Shown piece after piece: positions 55,784 to 64,000 of a DNA stretch of 64,000 nt. The notes below the pieces were generated by a model. That model ran no database searches, was not told the origin of the DNA, and saw nothing but the letters and a program-made list of their open reading frames with translations. A program made the translations under genes and the position numbers. The DNA comes from an uncultured Treponemataceae bacterium (GTDB lineage: Bacteria; Spirochaetota; Spirochaetia; Treponematales; UBA12059), in assembly GCA_964482955.1 (NCBI GenBank), contig CAYZZW010000006.1, forward strand, positions 2,585 to 66,584. The letters run 5' to 3'. Every line of letters begins with the position of its first letter. The stretch's first letter is position 1.

Positions 55784-58775
55784 CCTCGCCATCGCCAACA
55801 TCGGCCCCTTCGCCGGGGAAGTCGTGGTGGACTTCTCGAGGCTCGACGACGTGTTCCTCGTCTGCGGCGACACGGGCTCGGGCAAGACGACCATCTTCGA
55901 CTGCGTGGCGTACGCGCTCTACGGCTCGTTGCCGGGCACGCGCTCGGGGCGCGAAGGCGAACTCGCGTCGCACCACGCGAAGCCGGGCGACGAGCCGTCG
56001 GTCGAATTCGAGTTCGAATCCGGCGGCACGCGCTATTCGATCTCGCGAAAACCGTCCCGGGAACGCGCGAAGCTGCGAGGATCGGGACTGACGAAGGAAG
56101 GCTCGGAAGCCGTCCTGCGCGTCCTCGAACGAGGCGCCTGGCGCGTCCTCGCGACGGGCGTAGCGGAAGCGGACGACGCGATAAAAAGGATACTCGGCTT
56201 CACGAAGGACGAATTCCTCAAGATCGTGCTCCTCCCGCAAGGCGAGTTCCAGCGCTTCCTCGAGATGAATTCGAACGACCGGGCGGGCTTGCTCGAAAAG
56301 CTGTTTCCCGTGGAGCTCCACGCCGCCGTGACGGGAAGGGCCAAGACGCGGCTCGACGCCGCGCAGGCGACGCTCAAGCGCGTCGACGCCGAGCTCGACG
56401 CCCTCGGCGCGGCCGCGACGCCCGAAGAGACGGCGATCGAGCTCGAACGACTCGACGGCGAGCTGTCGGCGATCAAGGCCGACCTGGGAGCCGCGCGCGC
56501 GGAAGAGACCTCGCGGAAAACCGGACTCGAGCGCGCCGCCGAAATCGGCCGCGCCTTCGACCTCGCCGCCGAAACCGCCCGCGCGCTGGCTTCCCTCGAG
56601 TCGGAGGCCCCCGCGATGGACGCCCTCGAGCGCGGCATCGGCACCGCGGCCCGCGCGCGCGAACTGGCCGCACTCCTCGACGGTCTGGACGAAAAGCGCC
56701 AGGCGGCGGCGGACGCCGGACGGCAGCACGCGGAGGCCGAAGCGCGGAACGCCGGACTTGCCGCCGAACGACCCGCGATGGAAAACGCCGAACGCCGGCT
56801 CGCCGCGCTCGCGACGGAACTCGGCTCCCTCGCGGAGCGCATCGGCACGCTCAAGTCCGCCGCGGCGGCCTGGGAACGCGCGGACGCGCTCGGACGGGAA
56901 GCGGCGCGCGCCGCGGCAGAGGACGAGAAGACCGCGAAAACCTCGGCGGACGCCGCGAGGCAAGCGGACGCGGCGAAAGCCGAGATAGCCCGGCTCCGCG
57001 CCGCGCCCGGCACGGAAGACGCCGCGCGAGCGGAACGCGACAAGGCGCGGGACGAAGCCGGGCGCGCCGAACGGACGCTCGAAAGCGCCGCGCGCCGAGA
57101 AGAGCTGGCGCGCGATCTCGAGTCGGCCGCGGGAACGCTCGCGACGGCCGAAGAACGGGAACGGATCCTTCGGGACGGGGCCGAAACCGCCGAACGCGAC
57201 CTGGCGACCATCCAAGCCGCGCTCGACGGAGCCGCGGCCGCCTCGCTCGCGGCGAGCCTGGCCGACGGCGCGCCTTGCCCCGTCTGCGGCTCGATCCACC
57301 ACCCGAATCCCGCCGTCCAGGCCGACGATCCCGACGCGCTCCGCGCCGCCCTCGCCGAAGCCCGGAAACGCCGCGACGCGGCGTTCGGCGCCCTCTCGCG
57401 CTCGTCGTCCGAATCGGGAGCAGCGAGCGCCCGACGCGCCATGCTCCAAGCCGAACTGGACAAGCTTCCCGCCGATCTCCCTTCCGCGTCCGACGCCGAA
57501 GCGGCGGCGAACGCCGCGCGCGGCGCCCTCGCCGAGGCCGAAGCGCGCTTGGCCGACCTCGAGGCGCGCAGGCGAAAGACCGAAGAACTCGAAACGAGGC
57601 TCGCGGGACTTACGGCGGAAGCCGAACGGCTGGCCGCCGCCGCGCGGGCCACGGCCACCGCGCGGGCTGGCGCCGAAAGCGCGGCCGAAGCGGCCCGCGC
57701 GGCGGCGGGCGGCGAGGATCCGCGCCCCGGGCTCGCCGCAGGGGAAAAAGAACTCCGCGCCGGAACCGCGGAACGCGAACGGCTCGACAAACTGATCGTC
57801 GCCCACCGCAGGGACTCGGCGACCGCGGCCGCGGAACTGGCGGAACGGGCGAGCGCCCTCGAAAAAGCGACGAAGGCGCGCGACGCGGCCGAAGCGGGCG
57901 CCGACGCCGAACTGGCGCGGCGCGGCTTCGACACCGCGGAAGAGGCGCGCCGGGCCGCGTGGCCCGAGGACAGGCTCGCGCGCGCCAGGCGCGACTTGGC
58001 GGAATGGCGCGACAGGCTGTCCGCGGCGCGGGAAGCCGCGACCCGCTGCGCCGCGGCGGTCGCAGGGCGCGAGAGGCCGGATATCGCGGCGGCAAACGCG
58101 GGCCTCGCCGAAGCCCGCGCGGCCGTCGCCGCCCTGGACGAGCGCCTCGCCGACTCGACGCGGCGCAAGGCGGAGCTCGCGGGCCGCGCCGAACGCCATC
58201 GCGCCCTGTCGGCCGAACGGGAACGGCTCGCCTCGGACAACGCGACCCTCGTGAAGCTGTCGGCCGCGCTGAACGGCGAGGTCTCCGGCCGGCGCATGAC
58301 CTTCCAGACCTTCGCCCTCGGCCGTTACTTCGAGGCGGTCGTCGCCTGCGCCGCGGCGCGGCTCCTCGAGATGTCCGACGGGCGCTATCGCCTCTCGATG
58401 GACCGGCAGGCGGGCAAGGGTTCCTCGAAAGTGGGACTCGAGATCCTCGTGGCCGACGCGTTCACCGGCAAGGAGCGTCCGGCCGCCTCGCTCTCCGGCG
58501 GCGAGAAATTCATGGCGTCCATCTCGCTGGCGCTCGGCCTCGCGGACGTCGTGTCGAACCGCGCCGCGGGATCCCCCGTGGAATCGGTGTTCATCGACGA
58601 GGGGTTCGGTTCGCTGGACGAGGACGCGCTCGACCGGGCGATCGACGTGCTCGACCGCGTGCGCGAAGGACGCATGGTCGGCATCGTGTCGCACGTGGCC
58701 GAGCTGCGCTCGCGCATCCCCTCGCGCATCGAAGTGCGCAAGGGACGCTCGGGTTCCGCGATCGAGATCGTTTGA
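55770..58775 (+). CDS. sbcC: exonuclease SbcCD, ATPase subunit C (SMC-like)
   Basis: 1001 aa. Walker A GDTGSGKTT. Long Ala/Glu/Arg coiled coil with CPVCGS zinc hook. LSGGEKF signature. FIDEGFGSLD Walker B. Confidence 0.92.
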   Translation: MRPRSLAIANIGPFAGEVVVDFSRLDDVFLVCGDTGSGKTTIFDCVAYALYGSLPGTRSGREGELASHHAKPGDEPSVEFEFESGGTRYSISRKPSRERAKLRGSGLTKEGSEAVLRVLERGAWRVLATGVAEADDAIKRILGFTKDEFLKIVLLPQGEFQRFLEMNSNDRAGLLEKLFPVELHAAVTGRAKTRLDAAQATLKRVDAELDALGAAATPEETAIELERLDGELSAIKADLGAARAEETSRKTGLERAAEIGRAFDLAAETARALASLESEAPAMDALERGIGTAARARELAALLDGLDEKRQAAADAGRQHAEAEARNAGLAAERPAMENAERRLAALATELGSLAERIGTLKSAAAAWERADALGREAARAAAEDEKTAKTSADAARQADAAKAEIARLRAAPGTEDAARAERDKARDEAGRAERTLESAARREELARDLESAAGTLATAEERERILRDGAETAERDLATIQAALDGAAAASLAASLADGAPCPVCGSIHHPNPAVQADDPDALRAALAEARKRRDAAFGALSRSSSESGAASARRAMLQAELDKLPADLPSASDAEAAANAARGALAEAEARLADLEARRRKTEELETRLAGLTAEAERLAAAARATATARAGAESAAEAARAAAGGEDPRPGLAAGEKELRAGTAERERLDKLIVAHRRDSATAAAELAERASALEKATKARDAAEAGADAELARRGFDTAEEARRAAWPEDRLARARRDLAEWRDRLSAAREAATRCAAAVAGRERPDIAAANAGLAEARAAVAALDERLADSTRRKAELAGRAERHRALSAERERLASDNATLVKLSAALNGEVSGRRMTFQTFALGRYFEAVVACAAARLLEMSDGRYRLSMDRQAGKGSSKVGLEILVADAFTGKERPAASLSGGEKFMASISLALGLADVVSNRAAGSPVESVFIDEGFGSLDEDALDRAIDVLDRVREGRMVGIVSHVAELRSRIPSRIEVRKGRSGSAIEIV

Positions 58776-58844
58776 CCGGTCGGGGACGGCGCCGAAGGGC
58801 GCGCCTTCACCTGTCCGCGATGAGCGTGATGATCATGGCGCTTC

Positions 58845-59783
58845 CTATTTGAACGCGATCGAGGCGTAGGACTTGTGTCCTTCGAATTTCGCGCCGGCCG
58901 AGAAGAGGTCCTCGATCTGGGGCGGAATCGCCTTGAGGCAGGTGCCGGACACCGTGATGCGGTCGTCCTCGGCGTGCCGGAGCGCGAGGTGGTGGATGAA
59001 GTTCACGTCCTCCGAGACGACGGAGCCGGTGGAACCGGGCCGGCGCCACACGGTCGCGCCCGCGTGGAAGACGAACTTGAAACCGATCGGCACTTCGAGC
59101 CGGAACGACTCGTAGCCGATCAGCGCGCGGTTCACGAGCAGTTCGTACGCGATCTTCACGGGCGATTCGCCGGCCGGATCCTCGGGGAAGACGAGCAGGA
59201 TGCCGTTCTGGTCCTTCATCCAGAGGAGGCCGTTCGTCTCCATGAACACGCTCGCCATGTGCGCGGCGTACGAATCCCGGAGCGCGGCGAGCCGGGTCTC
59301 GCCGATCTTGCCGCGCAGGCCCGCCTGGTCGCAGATGGCCGAATAGCAGAACAGGAAGCGGTACTCGCGTCCCTCGACGAGCTTGCGCCAGCCGGGGAAG
59401 GCCGTCGCCTGTCCCTCGCCTTCGCGGGCGCCCGAGCGCACCGCCGCGTCCTCGAGCCGCGCCGCGTCCACGCCCGCCTTGAACAGCGCGGGCCCCACGT
59501 AATCCTTCGCGCCGGCGAACATGAGCGACGCCGGATCGGCGATGGCCCCGAGCGGGTCGAGCACGCCGAAGGCGATCCCCTTGTCCGCGAGCTCGGCCAC
59601 CTTCTTCCGGAATGCGCGCTCGTCGGCGCCCGAGGCGTCGAGGTAGGGAAAGCCCTCCTCGGCGGCCGCGGCGATCGTCCGGCCGACCGAACGGGGCGAC
59701 TGGACGTCGGCGTCGTCGGCGAGGCGCGCGACGAGTTTCTTGACGGGGGCGGCCGACAGGTCGGAATAGACGGTGAACTTCAT
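58845..59783 (-). CDS. class III nucleotidyl-cyclase-homology-domain protein, apparently degenerate, with flavodoxin/receiver-like N-region
   Basis: 312 aa. CHD-like FLFCYSAICDQAG (Tyr where the first metal Asp is expected) ... GLLWMKDQNGILLVF ... IGFKFVFHAGATV ... VSEDVNFIHHLA. ATG overlaps the upstream stop (ATGA). Confidence 0.55.
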   Translation of the reverse strand: MKFTVYSDLSAAPVKKLVARLADDADVQSPRSVGRTIAAAAEEGFPYLDASGADERAFRKKVAELADKGIAFGVLDPLGAIADPASLMFAGAKDYVGPALFKAGVDAARLEDAAVRSGAREGEGQATAFPGWRKLVEGREYRFLFCYSAICDQAGLRGKIGETRLAALRDSYAAHMASVFMETNGLLWMKDQNGILLVFPEDPAGESPVKIAYELLVNRALIGYESFRLEVPIGFKFVFHAGATVWRRPGSTGSVVSEDVNFIHHLALRHAEDDRITVSGTCLKAIPPQIEDLFSAGAKFEGHKSYASIAFK

Positions 59784-60706
59784 CGCTTGGCTCCGTCGGG
59801 GACGTAGTGCCGGATGGAGCGTCCCTCCGACTTCGGATTTTCGACGAAGCGGTCGGCGAGCACGCGGTCGATGGTCGGCAGGGCCGCGGGGGAGATGCCG
59901 AGCGCCCCGATCGGGGTCTTCTTCGCTTCCAGCTCGATCGCCTCCCGGACGGTCTCTTCCTTGAGGATGAGGTCGCGGGCCTCGTAGTACGCGAGGGGGC
60001 CGACATGGACGGCGGAGCGGATCCTGAGGGGCACGCCGAGCGCGTTGTCGAAACGGTTCCAGATGACGAGATCGTTGAGGATGGCCATGCCCGCCAGGAC
60101 GGCCGCGGTGGCGGGGTGCCCGAACAGGAAGGCCGCGACGATGCCGTCGCCTTCGCGCAGCCAGATGCGGCCGCGGCGCTTTTCGATCTCGACGGACACG
60201 ATCTCCGCGAGGGCTTCGAAGGCCCTCGACGCGGCCTTGGCGCCCTTGTCGCGGACGATGGCCGAATTGCCGGCGATGTCCATGCGGTAGACGGCCAGGC
60301 TGCGCTCCTCGCCGACGTGGAGGCGGCCCCAGGTCGGGGTCGCGCGGACGGACTGGTTTTCGTAGAAGGTGCAGGATCCCGCGTCGAAATCGAAGCCGTC
60401 CTCCACGACGGTCCGCACGAAGTCGCCGAGGCGCACGACGGGATACGCCTTGCCCATGAAACCGTTGCGGTCGATCTCGATGAGGCGTTCCACGAGGTCT
60501 ATGAAGCGGTCGGCCTCGATGATGTCCTGGAGGATGCGGTGCCCGGCGTCGAGCGGCTGGACGGCCAGCTGGTGGGACAGGCCCATGCGCTCGTGGACGT
60601 CGTACCTGGGGAAGAACTCCCGCGCCAGCCGCAGGAGCATGTCGCTGCCGAACGACTCGCAGAGGCTCCGCTCGGCCAGCTTCACGAACGACGGTTTCAG
60701 GATCAT
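59780..60706 (-). CDS. class III adenylate/guanylate-cyclase-homology-domain protein with unknown N-terminal domain
   Basis: 308 aa from MILKPSFVKL. LAVYRMDIAGNSAIV (first Asp), GRIWLREGDGIVAAF (second Asp), PLRIRSAVHVGPL. Confidence 0.6.
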   Translation of the reverse strand: MILKPSFVKLAERSLCESFGSDMLLRLAREFFPRYDVHERMGLSHQLAVQPLDAGHRILQDIIEADRFIDLVERLIEIDRNGFMGKAYPVVRLGDFVRTVVEDGFDFDAGSCTFYENQSVRATPTWGRLHVGEERSLAVYRMDIAGNSAIVRDKGAKAASRAFEALAEIVSVEIEKRRGRIWLREGDGIVAAFLFGHPATAAVLAGMAILNDLVIWNRFDNALGVPLRIRSAVHVGPLAYYEARDLILKEETVREAIELEAKKTPIGALGISPAALPTIDRVLADRFVENPKSEGRSIRHYVPDGAKR

Positions 60707-60742
60707 CCCGACAGTATCGCCCGCGCCCGGAGCAGTCGTCAA
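60707..60742 (-). promoter_or_regulatory. sigma70-like promoter abutting the cyclase-gene ATG (leaderless-type)
   Basis: Minus strand TTGACG (60742-37), 18 nt, GATACT (60718-13), gtcggg, ATG 60706. The TTG used as the start in the track ORF is the -35 element. Confidence 0.55.
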
Positions 60743-60789
60743 GCCTTTATCACCTCGTCGCCGCGTAGCCGCGGCGGCCCGGTCCGGTG

Positions 60790-60801
60790 TATCGTCGGCG
60801 C
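60790..60801 (+). promoter_or_regulatory. -10-like TATCGT 6 nt before the ppiB ATG (leaderless-type)
   Basis: gTGTATCGT-cggcgc-ATG 60802. Confidence 0.4.
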
Positions 60802-61305
60802 ATGAGCACCACAGTGAAATTCGAGACGAGTCTCGGGGACATCCTCATCGCGATGTACGAGGACAAAAGCCCCCTGACGGCCGAAAATTTCGTCCGCTAC
60901 GTGAAGGACGGATTCTACGACGGCACGATCTTCCACCGGATCATCCCCGGCTTCGTGGTCCAGGGCGGCGGCATGCTGCCCGGCCTCAAGGAAAAGGACA
61001 CGCGCAAGCCGATCAGGAACGAAGCCGCGAACCGCGTGTCGAACAGGCGCGGCACCCTGTCCATGGCCCGCACGTCGGATCCCGACAGCGCGTCCAGCCA
61101 GTTCTTCATCAACCTGGTGGACAACGACCGGCTGGACCACAGCGCCCCGACGCCGCAGGGCTACGGCTATTGCGTCTTCGCCGAAGTCACCTCCGGCATG
61201 GACGTCGTGGACGCGATGGCCCGCGCGAAGACCGGCGACCGTTTCCCGCACCAGAACGTGCCGCTCGAGGACATCGTCCTCGAGAAGGCGACGGTCGTCG
61301 GCTGA
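60802..61305 (+). CDS. ppiB: peptidyl-prolyl cis-trans isomerase, cyclophilin type
   Basis: 167 aa. FHRIIPGFVVQGGG, GTLSMARTSDPDSASSQFFIN. Confidence 0.92.
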   Translation: MSTTVKFETSLGDILIAMYEDKSPLTAENFVRYVKDGFYDGTIFHRIIPGFVVQGGGMLPGLKEKDTRKPIRNEAANRVSNRRGTLSMARTSDPDSASSQFFINLVDNDRLDHSAPTPQGYGYCVFAEVTSGMDVVDAMARAKTGDRFPHQNVPLEDIVLEKATVVG

Positions 61306-61308
61306 CGA

Positions 61309-61656
61309 TCACCCCCGCCCGGACGTTTCCGTCGTCGCCTTTTTCGGGACGACGGGGACGCCGGCCAGCTCGAGCATCCGCTTGAACGCCGACCCGGGCT
61401 TCTTGAGCTCGCGGCTGCCCCGGGTGATCTTGCACAGGCTCAAGTGGTACTTCCGGGCGATCTCGCGCTGGGAGACGCCCGCGGCCAGATCCTTGACGAG
61501 CGCCCAGCGTTTGGCGATCTCGTCGGCTTCCGACTTCGTGAGCAGGCTGTAGAAGAATTCCTCGATGAGGGCGGGATCCTGGACCTTCGCGAGGGTCGAC
61601 GACAGCTCGGACAGGTTTCGCTCGACGAGTTCGGGATCGATTTCGACGGTTTTCAC
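61309..61656 (-). CDS. TrpR-like YerC/YecD family DNA-binding protein
   Basis: 115 aa from GTG. FFYSLLTKSEADEIAKRWALVKDLAAGVSQREIARKYHLSLCKITRGSRELK. Confidence 0.8.
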   Translation of the reverse strand: MKTVEIDPELVERNLSELSSTLAKVQDPALIEEFFYSLLTKSEADEIAKRWALVKDLAAGVSQREIARKYHLSLCKITRGSRELKKPGSAFKRMLELAGVPVVPKKATTETSGRG

Positions 61657-61668
61657 GGATTCAGTATA
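61657..61668 (-). promoter_or_regulatory. -10-like TATACT 6 nt before the GTG start (leaderless-type)
   Basis: Minus strand TGGCCA, 17 nt, TATACT, gaatcc, GTG 61656. Confidence 0.45.
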
Positions 61669-61813
61669 CCTGCCGCGCCGTACGCTGGCCAGAACCCGAC
61701 TCCGCTTGACGAGTGTTTCTATTTGTAGTATCGTTCGGTTCCGGCCGCTTCGGCCGTCATCCCGCGCCCCGTCCGGCGGCACAACGCCGGCGGCCGCGCC
61801 GCAAGGAGCCGTC

Positions 61814-62815
61814 ATGAACCGCCTTCGATCCGCTTCGTCCGCGCTCGGCCTCGTCGCCGCGCTGATCCTCCCCGCGCTCGCCGCCTCCTGCCAGAAAGCC
61901 CCGGCCGTCACCACGGTGGGCATCTCGAAATTCGTCGCCCACCCGGCCCTCGACGCGCTGGAGCGCGGCGTGATCGACGCCGTCACGAAGGCGAAACCCG
62001 GCATCGCCTTCGACCTCCAGAACTCGAACGCCGACATGGCCACGGCCGCGCAGATCGCCCGCCGCTTCGCCGACGAAAAGGTCGCCTGCGCCGTAGGCAT
62101 CGCCACGCCCTCCGCGCAGGCGCTGGCGAACGCCATAAAGGACCTTCCCGTGGTCTACTGCGCCGTCACCGATCCGGTCGCCGCCGGGCTCGTCGCCGGG
62201 CTGGACCGCGGCGGTCCCAACGTGACCGGCAGCTCCGACATGACGCCGCTCAAGGAGCAGCTCGACCTCCTCCGCGCGCTCAAGCCGATCAAGCGCCTCG
62301 GGCACGTCTACAACGCGGGCGAGGCGAACTCAACGAAGGTCGCTTCCCTCGTCGAGGCCTACTGCGCGGAAAACGGCATCGCCTTCGTGCCCGCCACAGT
62401 CGCCAACTCCGCGGACGTGAAGCAGGCCACGCTCGCCATCGCGGACCGCGTGGACGGCATCTACCTCTCGACCGACAACACCGTCTTCTCGGCGATCAAC
62501 TCCGTGGCCGAGGTCGCGCTCGAAAAGCGCCTGCCCGTCGTCACGGCCGACCCGAGCTCCGCGGAGTCGGTCCCCGTGCTGGCAGCCCTCGGCTACGACT
62601 ACTACGCGATGGGGCTCGCCACGGGGCAGATCGTCGTCCGCATCCTCGACGGCGCCAAGACCGCGGACATTCCCGCCTACGTCCCGAACGACCCCGCCGG
62701 CATGCTGCTCGTCCTCAACCTCGACGTGGCGCGGAAGATCGGGATCGAGCCGCCGCCCGCGCTCGTCGAACGGGCCGCCACCGTCATAGAAAACGGCGCG
62801 GCGAGGAAGCGCTGA
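61814..62815 (+). CDS. ABC transporter substrate-binding lipoprotein (ABC_sub_bind/BMP-like family)
   Basis: 333 aa. LPALAASC lipobox. VGISKFVAHPALDA. AAGGAG SD. Confidence 0.85.
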   Translation: MNRLRSASSALGLVAALILPALAASCQKAPAVTTVGISKFVAHPALDALERGVIDAVTKAKPGIAFDLQNSNADMATAAQIARRFADEKVACAVGIATPSAQALANAIKDLPVVYCAVTDPVAAGLVAGLDRGGPNVTGSSDMTPLKEQLDLLRALKPIKRLGHVYNAGEANSTKVASLVEAYCAENGIAFVPATVANSADVKQATLAIADRVDGIYLSTDNTVFSAINSVAEVALEKRLPVVTADPSSAESVPVLAALGYDYYAMGLATGQIVVRILDGAKTADIPAYVPNDPAGMLLVLNLDVARKIGIEPPPALVERAATVIENGAARKR

Positions 62816-62816
62816 G

Positions 62817-63749
62817 GTGCCGGCGGCCATCGCCGTCGAAGGCCTCGTGTACGGCTTCCTGGCCCTCGGCGTGTTCGTGTCGTTCCGCGTCCTCGACTTC
62901 CCCGACCTGAGCCCCGAGGGATCGTTTCCCTTCGGCGCGGCCGTCTCGTCGGCGCTGGTCGTCGCGGGCGTCCACCCCGCCTTCGCGCTCGCGGCGGCCT
63001 TCGCCGCGGGCGCCCTGGCGGGCGCCTGCACGTCGTGGATCAAGCACGCGTTTTCGGTGCCGCCCCTCCTTGCCGGCATCGCGACGATGACCGCCCTCTA
63101 TTCGATCGACCTGCGCGTGCTCGGCGGCCGCGCGAACCTGCCGCTCATCCCGGTCAACCCGGTGATGGACGCGGCGCGCGCGCTCGCGCCCGCCGCCGGC
63201 GCCTGGTCCGAAGTCCTGTTCTTCCTCGCGGTGGCGGCGGCCGGCTTCGTCGCGCTCGACCTGTTTTTCCACACCGAAGTGGGCCTCGCGCTCGGCGCGC
63301 TCGGCGACAACGAGAACGTCGTCGTCGCGGCAGGAGCGGATCCGGTCCTGCTCAGGACCGCGGGCGTCGCGCTGTCCAACGGGCTCGTGGGGATGTCCGG
63401 CGCCCTCGCCGCGGCGTACCAGGGTTTCGCGGACGTCAACCTCGGCGCGGGCGTCGTCGCGGCGGGGCTCGCGTCCGTGATGATCGGGGAGTTCCTCTGG
63501 AAAAGCCAGAAGATCGGCCTCCAGCTGCTCCGCGTCCTCGTCGGTTCGATCCTGTTCCGCGGCCTCATGTACGCGGGCCGGGCGTGGGGCTACGCGCTCG
63601 GGATCACGCCCAACGACCTCCGGCTCGTCACCGCCGTCCTCGTGGTCGCGTCCGTGGCCGCGAGCGGGCTCGGGCGGCGGACCCGGACGAAGGCGGCCGC
63701 CAGACGCCCCGCGACGGCGCGCGGCCCGGCCGACGGAGGACTCCGATGA
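62817..63749 (+). CDS. ABC transporter permease
   Basis: 310 aa, GTG start 1 nt after the SBP gene stop. Polytopic, Gly/Ala/Leu rich. Confidence 0.85.
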   Translation: MPAAIAVEGLVYGFLALGVFVSFRVLDFPDLSPEGSFPFGAAVSSALVVAGVHPAFALAAAFAAGALAGACTSWIKHAFSVPPLLAGIATMTALYSIDLRVLGGRANLPLIPVNPVMDAARALAPAAGAWSEVLFFLAVAAAGFVALDLFFHTEVGLALGALGDNENVVVAAGADPVLLRTAGVALSNGLVGMSGALAAAYQGFADVNLGAGVVAAGLASVMIGEFLWKSQKIGLQLLRVLVGSILFRGLMYAGRAWGYALGITPNDLRLVTAVLVVASVAASGLGRRTRTKAAARRPATARGPADGGLR

Positions 63750-64000
63750 TCGCCCTCGAATCGGCCTCGGTCGTCTTCGGAGCCGGCACGCAGGACGAAC
63801 GCCACGTCATCGACGGGCTGTCGCTCCGCGTCGGCGCCGGCGAATTCGTCGCGCTCATCGGCTCGAACGGCGCCGGCAAGTCGACGCTCCTCAACGCGAT
63901 CGCCGGCTCGGTCCGGCTCGCCTCGGGCAGGATACTCGTCGACGGCGCGGACGTGACGGCGGAGCCGGAATGGCGCCGCGCCCGCCTCGTCGGCCGCGTC
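63746..64000 (+). CDS. ABC transporter ATP-binding protein (3' end outside window)
   Basis: ATG overlaps the permease stop (ATGA). Walker A GSNGAGKST. Confidence 0.85.
   Translation, partial: MIALESASVVFGAGTQDERHVIDGLSLRVGAGEFVALIGSNGAGKSTLLNAIAGSVRLASGRILVDGADVTAEPEWRRARLVGRV

Noticed and set aside
55620-58852. 1024-aa, 754-aa and 525-aa alternative-frame ORFs over sbcC
   Set aside because: The Ala/Arg/Glu-rich coiled-coil coding region is open in several frames. Only the plus frame has Walker A/B, the signature motif and the zinc hook.
58845-60742. Cyclase pair as a Pycsar/CBASS-like antiphage system
   Set aside because: There is no effector (TM, TIR, nuclease, patatin or similar), the second gene is itself a cyclase-homology protein, and the neighbours are housekeeping genes.
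60707-60742. TTG start at 60742 for the upstream cyclase gene (track ORF)
   Set aside because: That TTG is part of a TTGACG -35 element. The ATG at 60706 sits 6 nt after GATACT, matching the recurrent leaderless pattern.

Overview
High-GC (roughly two-thirds G+C by eye), densely coding bacterial chromosomal window with about 57 protein genes. I saw no rRNA, tRNA, CRISPR array or transposase. All function calls come from motifs read in the supplied translations; no searches were run. Gene content is reminiscent of a spirochaete-like diderm: a PSP1/YaaR/bactofilin/M23 cluster, a dCache chemoreceptor, a FlhG/MinD-like ATPase and many L-x-x-C lipobox proteins. The taxon cannot be proven from sequence. 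Housekeeping genes: ettA, fhs, ppx-ppk, a second ABC-F, prsW, a MATE pump, ygiQ, mnmE-mnmG, nadE, zupT, lgt, ctpA, rsmE, a TagA-like glycosyltransferase, phzF-like, sbcDC, ppiB, a TrpR-like regulator and an ABC importer. Accessory or unusual content follows. (1) The ettA locus: an intact ettA and a divergent HNH nuclease gene sit between decayed copies of ettA's own upstream region plus 5' codons (848-1061) and its last codons (4212-4319, differing mostly by synonymous changes). I read this as the scar of a cassette-type allelic replacement, possibly driven by the nuclease. A possible recombinase-like gene runs off the left edge. (2) A low-GC islet behind mnmG carries a ParB/Srx-like gene and hicAB with a palindromic operator. 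(3) At least 12 genes have a -10-like hexamer exactly 6 (occasionally 7-8) nt before the start codon and no Shine-Dalgarno, which implies widespread leaderless mRNAs. (4) A translationally coupled pair of class III cyclase-homology proteins, one apparently catalytic and one degenerate. (5) A run of envelope genes at 29.5-38 kb: a chimeric OMP, a coiled-coil protein, two LPP20-like lipoproteins, a linker-rich lipoprotein and a LamG lipoprotein. (6) A near-pure polypyrimidine tract with 9-mer repeats in the ygiQ promoter region. The many very long alternative-frame or antisense ORFs in the track are high-GC artefacts.
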